Part shown: one piece after another, positions 18,909-28,295 of the stretch
Layout of the letters: the number at the start of each line of letters is the position of its first letter
How positions within the stretch are numbered: the stretch's first letter is position 1
Assembly: GCA_963798085.1 (NCBI GenBank)
Contig: CAWCRS010000003.1
Span: 384,001 to 448,000, forward strand
Source: an uncultured Gemmatimonadales bacterium
GTDB taxonomy: Bacteria; Gemmatimonadota; Gemmatimonadetes; Longimicrobiales; RSA9
Direction of reading: 5' to 3'
DNA length: 64,000 nt
Position numbers and translations under genes: made by a program
Notes under the pieces: generated by a model
Databases searched by the model: none
Seen by the model: the letters and a program-made list of their open reading frames with translations, nothing else
Told to the model about the DNA's origin: nothing

Positions 18909-21566
18909 GTGACCCTCCCGCCCCTGCCCGCCGCGCACGTGCCGCGGCCGCGGCTGCTGCAATTGCTGCCCGCGGCGCCCGGCGATGTCGCAGCCATTAC
19001 GGCGCCTGCCGGCTGGGGCAAGACCACGCTGCTCGCGGAATGGGCGCGCCAGTGGCCGGGCAGCATTGCGTGGATCGCGCTCGACGCACGGCACCGCAAT
19101 GGCGGACTGCTGCTCGACGCCCTGCTCCGCTCGCTGCGGGCTGCGGGCGTGGCGCCGCCGCGGGCGGCCGGCCTCGTTGCCGACACCACCCGCCCCGTTG
19201 CGGAGCGCGCGGCACTGCTCGCGCAGCGTGTACGGCTGCGTGCGGGCAAACCACTCGCATTGATCGTCGACGACGCGCACCTCACCGATGCCGGCGACGC
19301 TGGCGCCGTGCTGGCTGCATTCCTGAAGTCGCTGCGCGGCATCGCGTGCGTCATCGCGGCGCGCGAGCGGCCGGCCTGCCTCGATGCCCGCGAATTCGTG
19401 TACGGTCGCGTGCGCGAGCTGGGCTGGCGCGAGCTGGCGCTGAATGGCGAGGAGATAACACAGCTGTTCGCGGGGGTGCGGACCGCGGACGATGCGACGT
19501 TCCTCGCACAGGCTGGAGCCCGCACAGCCGGCTGGGCCGCGGGCCTTCGCCTGCTCCGCCTGCACGCGGATCGCGGGCCGGCAGGAACGGCCCTCCCCGA
19601 TGCGTTGCTGGCCGGCGACGAAGCGCTGGCGGCGTTCTTCGCGGACGAAGTGCTCGCGTCGTTGTCGGACGAGGAGCGTCGCCTCCTCCATGATGCTTCC
19701 GTCCTCGACAGGCTGACGCCGGCCGCGTGTGCCGCTGTGCTGCGCTCGACGGCCGCATGGCCGCTGCTCTGCCGCCTGGAACGGCGGGGCAGCTTCGTCA
19801 TGGCGGAGGACGCGGCCCGCGCGGCGCTGCGCATGCACGCGCTGCTGCGCGAGACGCTGCTCCACCGTCTCTGCCACGACGCGCCCCAACACGCTGTCAG
19901 ACTGCACGGCCGCGCCGCGCGCTGGCACGCCCGCCAGGCACGCATGGAGCCGGCCATCGATCACGGACTGGCCGCCTTGTCCATCGCGCAGCGTGCGCGT
20001 CAGGCGGGCGCCGCGTCCCGTGTAGCCGACCATACGGCGGCGCTGCTCGAGGACGCGGCCGGTTCACTGCTGCCGCGCGGCGCGCGCGACTGGTTCCTCG
20101 AACGTGTGGATCGCATTCCCGAAGCGACGCTGGCGGCGAGGCCGTACCTCGCGCAGATCGAAGCCTGGGTGCGCCGGCGCGAGGCGGGCTGTCAGAGTAC
20201 CGCGCACATCGCGGCCGACGCGCCGCGCGCACAGCACGCGCGCTGCCTGCTCGCCGTGCGCGAAGTCCTGCGTGGCGCTCGGGAGCGCCATCCCGAAGCG
20301 CTGCGTGCGGCGGCGCTGGCCGCGCGTGCCGCGTTGCCCGCTGATGACATGTGGCTGCGCAACACCGTGGTTTCCGCGTTGCAGGTGGCCTACCGCTTCG
20401 GCGGCGATCCCGCGGTGGCGAGCGCGGCGATCGAAGAAATGCAGACGCTCGTGCAGCGCACGGATCGCCCACAGGAAGCGGCGCAGGCCAGGATCATGCT
20501 GGGTGTACTGTGCATGATGCAGGGCCGTCTGCACGCGGCGGAGGAGGCGCTGCAGCACGGCTTGTCGCTGGCACTCTCGAAGCTGGGCGACAATGCCGGC
20601 CTCACGGGCATGGCCGTGCAGTTCCTGGGCTACCTGCGCTACGAATGGAATCGCCTGGACGAGGCCGCGGCCTGCCTGGAGCGCGCCATCCGCATCGCAG
20701 AGCCGCTGGGACACCGCGGCATTCTCACCGGCGCCTGGCGCGTGCTCGCGCTCGTGCGTGCCCGCACCGGTGATCACGATGGCAGTCGCGCTGCAGTGGC
20801 GTCACTCGCGCGCATCATGGAAACACCGGATGCGGCGCCCATCGATCATGAATGGATGGATGGCGTGCGCGCGGCCACAGCACTGGCGCGCGCCGAGTAC
20901 GATACGCTGCCCGCCTGGCTCGCGCGTCGCGCCTACGACGCCGCTGCGCTGGCTGCGCTGCCATCGGCCTTGCTGCACGCGCGTATGCAGGAATGCTGCG
21001 TGGTCGCCGAAGCCGTGCTCGTGCTGGGGCGCCCCACCGAGTCGCTGGCGCTGGCGCGCGCACTGGAACGGGCCGCGGCAGAAGGTGAGCGACTCGGCTT
21101 CCGCGTGTGCACGCTGGTGCTTCAGGCGGCTGCGCTCGAAACGCTGCGTTCGTTCGCTGAAGCCAATGCGGCATTGCAGTGCGCACTGCGGCTGGCTGCG
21201 CCGGAAGGCATGGTGCGCGCCATTGCGGACGGTCCGCCGGCGCTGCGCAGCGTGCTCGCACGACATTGCGCCAACGGAACGGATAACGCGTTCCTGGAAG
21301 CCGTGCATGCCGCCGCCGGCACGAGCCCGCTGAACGGCAGCGCCCTGACCGTGCGCGAGCGCGAAGTCCTGGTCCTGCTCGAGCGCGGCCTGTCCAACAA
21401 GGCAATGGCGAGCGAGCTGCAGCTCTCGCTCGCCACCATCAAGACGCACCTCAATCATCTGTACGACAAGCTGGACGCGCGCAGCCGCACCCACGCACTC
21501 GCCCGCGCCCGCGCCGCCGGCTGGTTGCGAACGGAACCCGAGGCGGCGTCGTCGCCTGCGCTCTGA
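18909..21566 (+). CDS. MalT-like ATP-dependent LuxR family regulator
   Basis: APAGWGKTT P-loop, IVDDAH Walker B, helical repeat region, C-terminal LTVREREVL...TIKTHL HTH; start moved to GTG 18909. Confidence 0.88.
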   Translation: MTLPPLPAAHVPRPRLLQLLPAAPGDVAAITAPAGWGKTTLLAEWARQWPGSIAWIALDARHRNGGLLLDALLRSLRAAGVAPPRAAGLVADTTRPVAERAALLAQRVRLRAGKPLALIVDDAHLTDAGDAGAVLAAFLKSLRGIACVIAARERPACLDAREFVYGRVRELGWRELALNGEEITQLFAGVRTADDATFLAQAGARTAGWAAGLRLLRLHADRGPAGTALPDALLAGDEALAAFFADEVLASLSDEERRLLHDASVLDRLTPAACAAVLRSTAAWPLLCRLERRGSFVMAEDAARAALRMHALLRETLLHRLCHDAPQHAVRLHGRAARWHARQARMEPAIDHGLAALSIAQRARQAGAASRVADHTAALLEDAAGSLLPRGARDWFLERVDRIPEATLAARPYLAQIEAWVRRREAGCQSTAHIAADAPRAQHARCLLAVREVLRGARERHPEALRAAALAARAALPADDMWLRNTVVSALQVAYRFGGDPAVASAAIEEMQTLVQRTDRPQEAAQARIMLGVLCMMQGRLHAAEEALQHGLSLALSKLGDNAGLTGMAVQFLGYLRYEWNRLDEAAACLERAIRIAEPLGHRGILTGAWRVLALVRARTGDHDGSRAAVASLARIMETPDAAPIDHEWMDGVRAATALARAEYDTLPAWLARRAYDAAALAALPSALLHARMQECCVVAEAVLVLGRPTESLALARALERAAAEGERLGFRVCTLVLQAAALETLRSFAEANAALQCALRLAAPEGMVRAIADGPPALRSVLARHCANGTDNAFLEAVHAAAGTSPLNGSALTVREREVLVLLERGLSNKAMASELQLSLATIKTHLNHLYDKLDARSRTHALARARAAGWLRTEPEAASSPAL

Positions 21567-21572
21567 TCCGCT

Positions 21573-21900
21573 TCAGAACAGCCAGGCGAGGCCCAGCTGC
21601 AGGGAGCGGCGCGCGCCCGGTGTGAAGCTCAGCTCCGTGATGCCGCCCTCCGGTTCGCGCGCGGGTGATACGACAGCAGCCAGCGCAACGGCGAGGACAG
21701 GCAGGAAAGGACGGAAACCCGCACACATGAGCCAGACTCCTCGCGATAACAGGCGATTCCGTTGCGTTCGGCTGAGGCCGTGATCGAGAAGCCCGACTCC
21801 TCGGTGAAGTAGCCCGTGATCGACCGGTTCGGTTGCTGCACGTCCTGCGTCGGGACCGCGGCGGCTGGATTGAGCGGCGGGCTCATCCGGGTCGGCAGCA
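21573..21900 (-). pseudogene. Possible internally deleted remnant of a TonB-dependent receptor or outer-membrane protein
   Basis: Ends in PGARRSLQLGLAWLF* (beta-signal-like); SITGYFTEESG nearby in another frame. Confidence 0.3.
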
Positions 21901-22152
21901 CGCAACGGCTCGACCTGGATGCGGCGAATGCCCCCGTCCGCGGCAACGAGCGAGCGGCTCGGGGCCGGTCTTGCGAATCCGGGATTGGCCATCGCAGATG
22001 CGGACGGTAGCCGAGTCGTGCCTTCCACTTGAAACGATTGTCCTGCAACGACTTGCACCAGGGTCCATGCCTTGCCACTCACCGGTGCAGGAGCGCCGGC
22101 CGATGGCAGTGAAGTGACACGCGATTCCGGCCGGCAGCGAAGGAGTGGTCCC

Positions 22153-22335
22153 GTGAAATCGATCATGACAATGCGGCACGCGATTGCCGCCGCAGTCTCC
22201 CTGCTGGCGCTGGTCAGCATCGCGCTCGGTGCCCGCCCGCATCCGGCGGTGAGCGGCGCGAGCGACGCCGTTGTCTACCCGGCTGTTCGCAATGCGCCGG
22301 CCCCGGCCGCGGCGCCGCTCACCCGACGCGGCTGA
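22153..22335 (+). CDS. Small (about 60 aa) putative secreted peptide coupled to the downstream permease
   Basis: AGGAG RBS at 22141, hydrophobic signal-like N-terminus, TGATG overlap with the permease start. Confidence 0.5.
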   Translation: MKSIMTMRHAIAAAVSLLALVSIALGARPHPAVSGASDAVVYPAVRNAPAPAAAPLTRRG

Positions 22336-24746
22336 TGCGCCTGCTGCACGATCTGCGACTGGCGGCGCGCGCGCTGCGCCGCCGCCCCGGCTTCACGCTG
22401 GCCGCGGCCGGCACGCTGGCACTGGCCATCGCTTCCGTGACCGTCGTGTTCACGGTTTCTAACGATGTGTTGCTCCGGCCGCTGGCCTTTCCGCGTCCGG
22501 ACCGGCTCGCGCAGGTCTACGAGCGTCAGCTCGATCGCGGCTCCGGACACGTCGAGGAGCGCGGCTATTTCGCCTGGCAGAACTACGCCGACATACGGGA
22601 ACAGGTCCCGGCTTTTTCTGCGATCACGGCCTGGCAGTACTACGACAGGACGCTGATGGGCGTGCAGAATGCCCGCCGCCTCGCCGGCCGCATGGTGACG
22701 CCGGAATTCTTCCGCGTGTTCGGCGTGCAGCCGCTGCTGGGACGCGCGTTCGGTGCGGAAGACGCGACGGAAGGCCATCAGCGCGTCGCCATCCTGGGCT
22801 GGGGCGTCTGGCAGAATGCATTCGCCGGTGATGCCGGCATTGTCGGACGCACGATTTCGCTGGACGGTGACAGTTATGCGGTGGTGGGGGTGATGCCACC
22901 CGGCTTCGATTTCCCCTACGATGCCCAGCTCTGGATGCCGCTGGTGCCGTTTCTGGGCGACAACGGCGAAGGGGCACGACGCTTCCACCGTTATCGCGTT
23001 GCCGGCCGTCTTGCCGACGGCGCAACGCTGCTCACTGCACGAGCCGAGCTGACGTCGCTGGCGGACCGTCTGGGCAGGGCATTCCCCGAGACCAACGCGG
23101 ATGCAGGCCTGCGCGCGGTGCCGTTGCGCAATGTGCTGGTGGGTGATGCACGGCCCGGACTGCGCGCGCTGTCGGCCGCAGTGGCGTTCCTGCTGCTCAT
23201 CGCGTGCGCCAACATTGCGGGACTGATGCTGGCGCGAGCCGTGGGCCGGGCACGTGATCTCGGCGTGCGCGCCGCGCTCGGCGCGTCGCGTCGGCGCCTG
23301 CTGACAGAGCTGTTGACGGAGAGTCTGCTGCTCGCGCTGCTGGGTGGCGTCGCCGGGGTCATGCTGGCCGCGTGGGGCCTGCAGGCGTTCCTCGCGCTGG
23401 TGGGCGATGCGCTGCCCCGCGCCCGCGAGGTCCACATGGATGGTCAGGCGCTGCTGCTTTCCCTCGTCGTCACGGTCGCGGCGGGCCTGCTTTTCGGCAT
23501 CCTGCCGGCCGTGCGCTTCTCCCGCGACCCGTCACCCGCCCTGCTCCGCGGGGGACGCTCCGGCGCAGGTGACCTGGGCGCGGGCAGGCTGCGCATGGTG
23601 CTCACTTCGGCGCAGCTGGCACTCGCGTTCCTGCTGGTCAGCGGCGCCGCGCTCCTGCTGAACAGCTTCGTGCAGCTGCAACGCGGTGTTATCGGCGTCG
23701 ACCCGGTCGGTCTGCTGACCATGGACGTGTCGCTGCCCGAGGCCAGATACGCGACACCGGCACAGAGTGTGGGCTTCTATGACCAGCTGATCGCGCGCGT
23801 CCAGGCGCTGCCCGGCGTGCGCGCGGCCGCGGCCGGCCTCACCTGGCCGCTGGGTGGCAGCGGCTGGCGCAATCGCCTCTACATCGAAGGCGAAGCGCGG
23901 GCGGAGGCCGAACTGCCCCAGGTCGCCTATGACATCGTTACGCCCGGCTGGTTCCGCACCAGCGGCATCCGCCTGCTGAATTGCACGGACGTCAGCGCGC
24001 GCAGCGATCCCGCCGCGCAGACCGTCGTCATTAACCATGCGTTAGAACAGCGCTGGTTCGCCGGACGCGAGCCGATCGGTCGGCGCGTCCGCTTCGACCC
24101 GAAGTCGCCCTGGGCAACCATTGTCGGCGTCGCCGCTGATGTGCCACCGTCCTTGACCGATCCGCCCGAACCCGCCGTGTTCGTGCCCAGCACTCTCGAG
24201 CCGAACCTCTCCCTGACGCTGCTGGTGCGCGCCGAGGGGGACGCCGGCATCGTCGCCGGAGCCGTACGTTCCGCGCTGCGCTCGCTGGATGCCGACGTGC
24301 CGGTGACACGCGTCGCCACCCTGGATGAGCGCCTCGCCGAATCGATCGCGCAGCCGCGCTACCTGATGACCATCGTCGCATTGTTCGCCGCGCTGGCGCT
24401 CCTGCTCACGTGCGTCGGCTTGTACGGGGTCCTGGCGTACCTCGTGGGCAGGCGCACACGCGAGCTGGGCCTGCGCGTGGCCATTGGCGCGCGCCCGCGC
24501 AATCTGTTGACACTCGTTCTCGGCGAGGGTGTGATCATGGCGGCAGCCGGCATTGCGGCCGGTCTCGCCGGCGCACTCGCGCTGCGCCGCGCCATCGCCA
24601 CGCTGCTCTTCCACACGAGCCCCAGCGATCCGCGCATCCTGGCCGGCGTGGCGCTGCTCGTCCTCGCCGTTACGCTCCTCGCCAGCTGGCAGCCCGCCCG
24701 CCGCGCCGCCCGGATCGATCCCATGCGGGCGCTCCACAGCGACTGA
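22335..24746 (+). CDS. Duplicated MacB/FtsX-like ABC permease (ADOP family)
   Basis: DLRLAARALRRRPGF, LLLIACANIA, RTRELGLRVAIGA and RIDPMRAL motifs. Confidence 0.92.
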   Translation: MRLLHDLRLAARALRRRPGFTLAAAGTLALAIASVTVVFTVSNDVLLRPLAFPRPDRLAQVYERQLDRGSGHVEERGYFAWQNYADIREQVPAFSAITAWQYYDRTLMGVQNARRLAGRMVTPEFFRVFGVQPLLGRAFGAEDATEGHQRVAILGWGVWQNAFAGDAGIVGRTISLDGDSYAVVGVMPPGFDFPYDAQLWMPLVPFLGDNGEGARRFHRYRVAGRLADGATLLTARAELTSLADRLGRAFPETNADAGLRAVPLRNVLVGDARPGLRALSAAVAFLLLIACANIAGLMLARAVGRARDLGVRAALGASRRRLLTELLTESLLLALLGGVAGVMLAAWGLQAFLALVGDALPRAREVHMDGQALLLSLVVTVAAGLLFGILPAVRFSRDPSPALLRGGRSGAGDLGAGRLRMVLTSAQLALAFLLVSGAALLLNSFVQLQRGVIGVDPVGLLTMDVSLPEARYATPAQSVGFYDQLIARVQALPGVRAAAAGLTWPLGGSGWRNRLYIEGEARAEAELPQVAYDIVTPGWFRTSGIRLLNCTDVSARSDPAAQTVVINHALEQRWFAGREPIGRRVRFDPKSPWATIVGVAADVPPSLTDPPEPAVFVPSTLEPNLSLTLLVRAEGDAGIVAGAVRSALRSLDADVPVTRVATLDERLAESIAQPRYLMTIVALFAALALLLTCVGLYGVLAYLVGRRTRELGLRVAIGARPRNLLTLVLGEGVIMAAAGIAAGLAGALALRRAIATLLFHTSPSDPRILAGVALLVLAVTLLASWQPARRAARIDPMRALHSD

Positions 24747-24778
24747 GCCCGACCCGTCCGCTGCGACGTCACCGTCGC

Positions 24779-24811
24779 CTGTTACATTGCCTTTACAGTT
24801 CCTTTACCCGG
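24779..24811 (+). promoter_or_regulatory. Pho-box-like 11-bp direct repeats upstream of pstC
   Basis: CTGTTACATTG / CCTTTACAGTT / CCTTTACCCGG at 24779/24790/24801. Confidence 0.65.
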
Positions 24812-24840
24812 CCGCTATGCGCCAGGCTGACGTTCCAGCC

Positions 24841-25845
24841 ATGGGTGTAATGGAGGTCCCCGAGAAGCCGGCGATCCTGGAGGCGGCGCCCGCGCGGACC
24901 TGGCGCGGCCCCGGCCAGGATGCGCGGCGCCGGTCCCTGGGCAACGGCATCTACGCCGGCGTAACACTGGTGTTCGCACTGTGCGTGCCGGGGCTGCTGC
25001 TGGTGATCGCCGGGGTGGTGCTGGTCGCGGCGTGGCCCGCGCTGCACACGTTCGGTCTCTCCTTCGTGACGTCCAGTGACTGGGACCCGGTGGCGCATCA
25101 TTTCGGCGTGCTGCCCGCAATGTACGGCACCGTTGTTTCATCCGCGGTCGCCCTGATCATCGCGACGCCGCTGGCGGTGGGCGCGGCCGTGTTCCTCTCC
25201 GAACTGGCGCCGCGCTGGCTGCGGCGCCCCGTGGCCAGCCTGATGGATCTGCTGGCGGCGGTGCCCAGCGTCGTCTACGGCTTGTGGGCGATCTTCGTGC
25301 TGATTCCATTCCTGCGCACGTACGTGATGCCGTTCCTGCGGGACACACTGCATCTGGGGGCGACGCCGTTCTTCTCCGGACCGGCGTACGGTCCGAGCAT
25401 GCTGGCCGCCGGCGTGATTCTCGCCATCATGGTGCTGCCCTACATCTCGGCTGTTTCCCGCGAAGTGCTTCTCACCGTGCCGCGCGCGCAGCGTGAGGCC
25501 GCGCTGGCACTGGGTGCGACGCGCTGGGAGACGATCCGGCGCGTGGTACTGCCGTTCGCCCGCTCCGGCATCGTGGGCGGCGTAATCCTCGGTCTGGGTC
25601 GCGCGCTGGGTGAGACCATGGCGGTGACCATGGTGATCGGCAATCGCAACGAGGTCGCGGCTTCGCTGTTCGCGCCCGGCAACACGCTGGCCTCGCTGGT
25701 CGCGAACAAGTTTTCGGAGGCGACCGGCGACCTCGAGCTGTCGGCGCTGATGGCTGCGGGCTTCGTGCTGCTGCTGATTTCGCTGCTGGTGAACGCGGGC
25801 GCGCGCTGGCTGGTGTGGCGCACGGCGAGGGATCTGCGCGTATGA
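24841..25845 (+). CDS. pstC: Phosphate ABC transporter permease PstC
   Basis: WDP, LLAAVPSVVYGLW and GRALGETMAV motifs; start approximate. Confidence 0.93.
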   Translation: MGVMEVPEKPAILEAAPARTWRGPGQDARRRSLGNGIYAGVTLVFALCVPGLLLVIAGVVLVAAWPALHTFGLSFVTSSDWDPVAHHFGVLPAMYGTVVSSAVALIIATPLAVGAAVFLSELAPRWLRRPVASLMDLLAAVPSVVYGLWAIFVLIPFLRTYVMPFLRDTLHLGATPFFSGPAYGPSMLAAGVILAIMVLPYISAVSREVLLTVPRAQREAALALGATRWETIRRVVLPFARSGIVGGVILGLGRALGETMAVTMVIGNRNEVAASLFAPGNTLASLVANKFSEATGDLELSALMAAGFVLLLISLLVNAGARWLVWRTARDLRV

Positions 25846-26684
25846 GGGCCTCGCTGCTGCGCCGTTTCACGAACCGCCTGATGCTGGGCCTGGCGTTGCT
25901 GTGCGCACTCCTGACCCTGCTGCCGCTGTTCCTCGTGCTCTCCTATCTGCTGGCGAAGGGCGCCTCCAGCCTTTCGGTTTCGTTCTTCACGCACATGCCC
26001 AAGCCGGTGGGTGAAGCGGGCGGGGGCATGGCTAACGCAATGGTAGGGACACTGATCATCCTGGCGGTGGCTGCGCTGCTGGGTGTGCCCGTGGGCGTGG
26101 GCGCGGGTGTCTACCTCGCGGAGCACAAGGCCAGCTCGATCGCGTCGAGCGTGCGGCTGACCGCTGACGTTCTGGGCGGCGTGCCTTCCATCGTGATGGG
26201 CGCGTTCGCATGGCAGCTGCTGGTACGTCCGGTCGGGCATTTCTCGGCGCTCGCGGGCGGTCTGGCACTGGGCGTCATGATGGTGCCGACCGTGGCGCGC
26301 ACCACCGAGGAGATGGTGTTGACGGTACCGCTGCCCCTGCGCAATGCGGCGCTGGCCCTCGGCGCCGCGCAGTGGCAGGCGTCGCTCCGCGTCGTGCTTC
26401 CCACGGCAATGGCGGGCATCGTGACGGGCATCATGGTTGCCATGGCCAGGGTCGCTGGTGAAACAGCGCCGCTCCTGTTCACCGCGTTCGGCAATCAGTT
26501 CTGGTCGACATCGCTGCGCCAGCCCATCGCAGCCCTGCCCCTGACCGTCTTCAACTACGCCATCAGCGCCTACGAGGAATGGCACCGGCTGGCGTGGGCC
26601 GGCGCGCTCGTGCTGATCTTCCTCGTCTTTGTGATTGGCATCTTCGCCCGCTTCGCCGCGCGACAGCGCCACATCGAGCAGTAG
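25842..26684 (+). CDS. pstA: Phosphate ABC transporter permease PstA
   Basis: GVYLAE, GVPSIV and ARVAGETAPLLFT motifs; ATGA overlap with pstC. Confidence 0.93.
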   Translation: MRASLLRRFTNRLMLGLALLCALLTLLPLFLVLSYLLAKGASSLSVSFFTHMPKPVGEAGGGMANAMVGTLIILAVAALLGVPVGVGAGVYLAEHKASSIASSVRLTADVLGGVPSIVMGAFAWQLLVRPVGHFSALAGGLALGVMMVPTVARTTEEMVLTVPLPLRNAALALGAAQWQASLRVVLPTAMAGIVTGIMVAMARVAGETAPLLFTAFGNQFWSTSLRQPIAALPLTVFNYAISAYEEWHRLAWAGALVLIFLVFVIGIFARFAARQRHIEQ

Positions 26685-26714
26685 GCGTTTCCGGAGGCCG
26701 TCGGCCGAAGGCCG

Positions 26715-26758
26715 CAGTGACATCGCTGTTACGTAACTGTCGTTTTCGGTTTACCGCG
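26715..26758 (+). promoter_or_regulatory. Pho-box-like 11-bp direct repeats upstream of pstS
   Basis: CAGTGACATCG / CTGTTACGTAA / CTGTCGTTTTC / GGTTTACCGCG at 11-bp spacing. Confidence 0.6.
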
Positions 26759-26841
26759 TAGTGATATGCTCCGTGGGCATGGTGCAGCGCGCTTCACGCT
26801 GCGGGCACCTGCGCCGGTACAACAATCCAGGAGAACCTTCG

Positions 26842-27880
26842 ATGACTCGCAAGCTGACGCTCGCAGTGCTCTCGCTGCTCATCGCAGCCCCGCCCGCCGC
26901 CGTCCGTGCACAGGGCGCTGACCTCACGGGCGCGGGCGCGACATTCCCGTATCCGATCTACTCGAAGTGGTTCGATACCTACGCATCGACCAAGGGTGTG
27001 AAGATCAACTACCAGTCGATCGGTTCCGGTGGCGGTATTCGCCAGCTCGTCGAGCAGACAGTCGACTTCGGCGCGTCGGACGGCCCCATGAGCGATCAGG
27101 AAATGGCGGGCGCAAAGGGGGGTGCGGTGCTGCACATTCCGACCGTCATTGGCGCGCTGGCCATCGTCTACAACCTGGACCTGAAACAGCCGCTGAAGCT
27201 CAGCGGCGACGTGGTCGCCGACATTTTCCTGGGCAAGATCACGAAATGGAATGATGCCCGCATGGTGGCGCTCAACCCGGGTGTCGTGCTTCCGAAAGGC
27301 GACATTCTCGTAGTGCACCGGTCGGAATGCCAGCGGCACATCGTACGTGTTCACGGACTACCTGTCGGCGGTGAGCCCGGCATGGAAGGCCGGACCGGGG
27401 CGGGGCAAGGATGTGGCGTGGCCGGTGGGTCTCGGCAGCAAAGGCAATGAGGGCGTGTCCGGCCAGGTCACGCAGCTGCCCGGCTCGATCGGTTATGTCG
27501 AGCTGGCCTATGCGAAGCAGAACGGCGTGAAGTACGCCCTGATCCGCAACGCGGCCGGCAAGTTCCTGGCGCCCTCGATCGAAGGCGCGACGGCGGCCGC
27601 CGCGGGCGTGGCTCAGGCACTGCCCGCCACCACGGATTTTCGCATATCCATTGTGAATGGAGCCGGCGACGCGGCGTACCCGATCTCTTCGTTCACCTGG
27701 ATCCTGATCTACAAGAATCAGCGCGATGCGGTGAAGGGCGCCAAGCTGCTGGCCTTCCTGCGCTGGGCCCTGCACGAGGGACAGCAGCAGGTCCCGGCGC
27801 TGGACTACGCGCCACTCCCCGCGAACATCGTGGCAATGCTCGACCAGCGTCTCAAGACGGTGAGCATGGCGGCGCGCTGA
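26842..27880 (+). CDS. pstS: Phosphate-binding protein PstS; +1 frameshift near 27328
   Basis: GAGATFPYP, YQSIGSGGG and DFGASD motifs; removing one A restores HRSDASGTSYVFTDYLS; YPISSFTW in the second half. Confidence 0.92.
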
Positions 27881-27890
27881 CTTCTGTTTC

Positions 27891-28086
27891 CGGACCGTCT
27901 TGGCGTTGTTGGCTTTCGGCCGATCGACGCATGGGTTGGATCCGCATCCGTTCCAGGCCGGAGCTCGCGCTGGCTCGTCCGCGCATCAGCGCGACCGTTT
28001 GTGCCGGGCTCCGCCTGGATCAGGGACTCAAGCGGGTCCTTGCCATGAGCGCTTGAGACGCAACCCACGAACGCCAAGACGGTCCG
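27891..28086. repeat. About 196-bp element with imperfect terminal inverted repeats (family B), MITE-like
   Basis: CGGACCGTCTTGGCGTT at 27891 is the exact reverse complement of AACGCCAAGACGGTCCG ending at 28086; the right end matches 7033-7057 at 23 of 25 positions. Confidence 0.7.
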
Positions 28087-28295
28087 AGGGCGTTGCCCTT
28101 CTCCCCCAACAACTTGCATCACGCCGGACCGGTCAAAGTCGCCTTCCGGCCGATCCGGTCATGTAGCCTTCGTGGGATTCGCCTCGCACCCAACACCGCC
28201 GATCGCCGCCCCGCGCCACTTCTCACATCCCGACTGATCCGTCATCTTGGGCCCCGCTCGCGCACGCCGAGGCACGCGCTACGGAGGGAGGGAGC

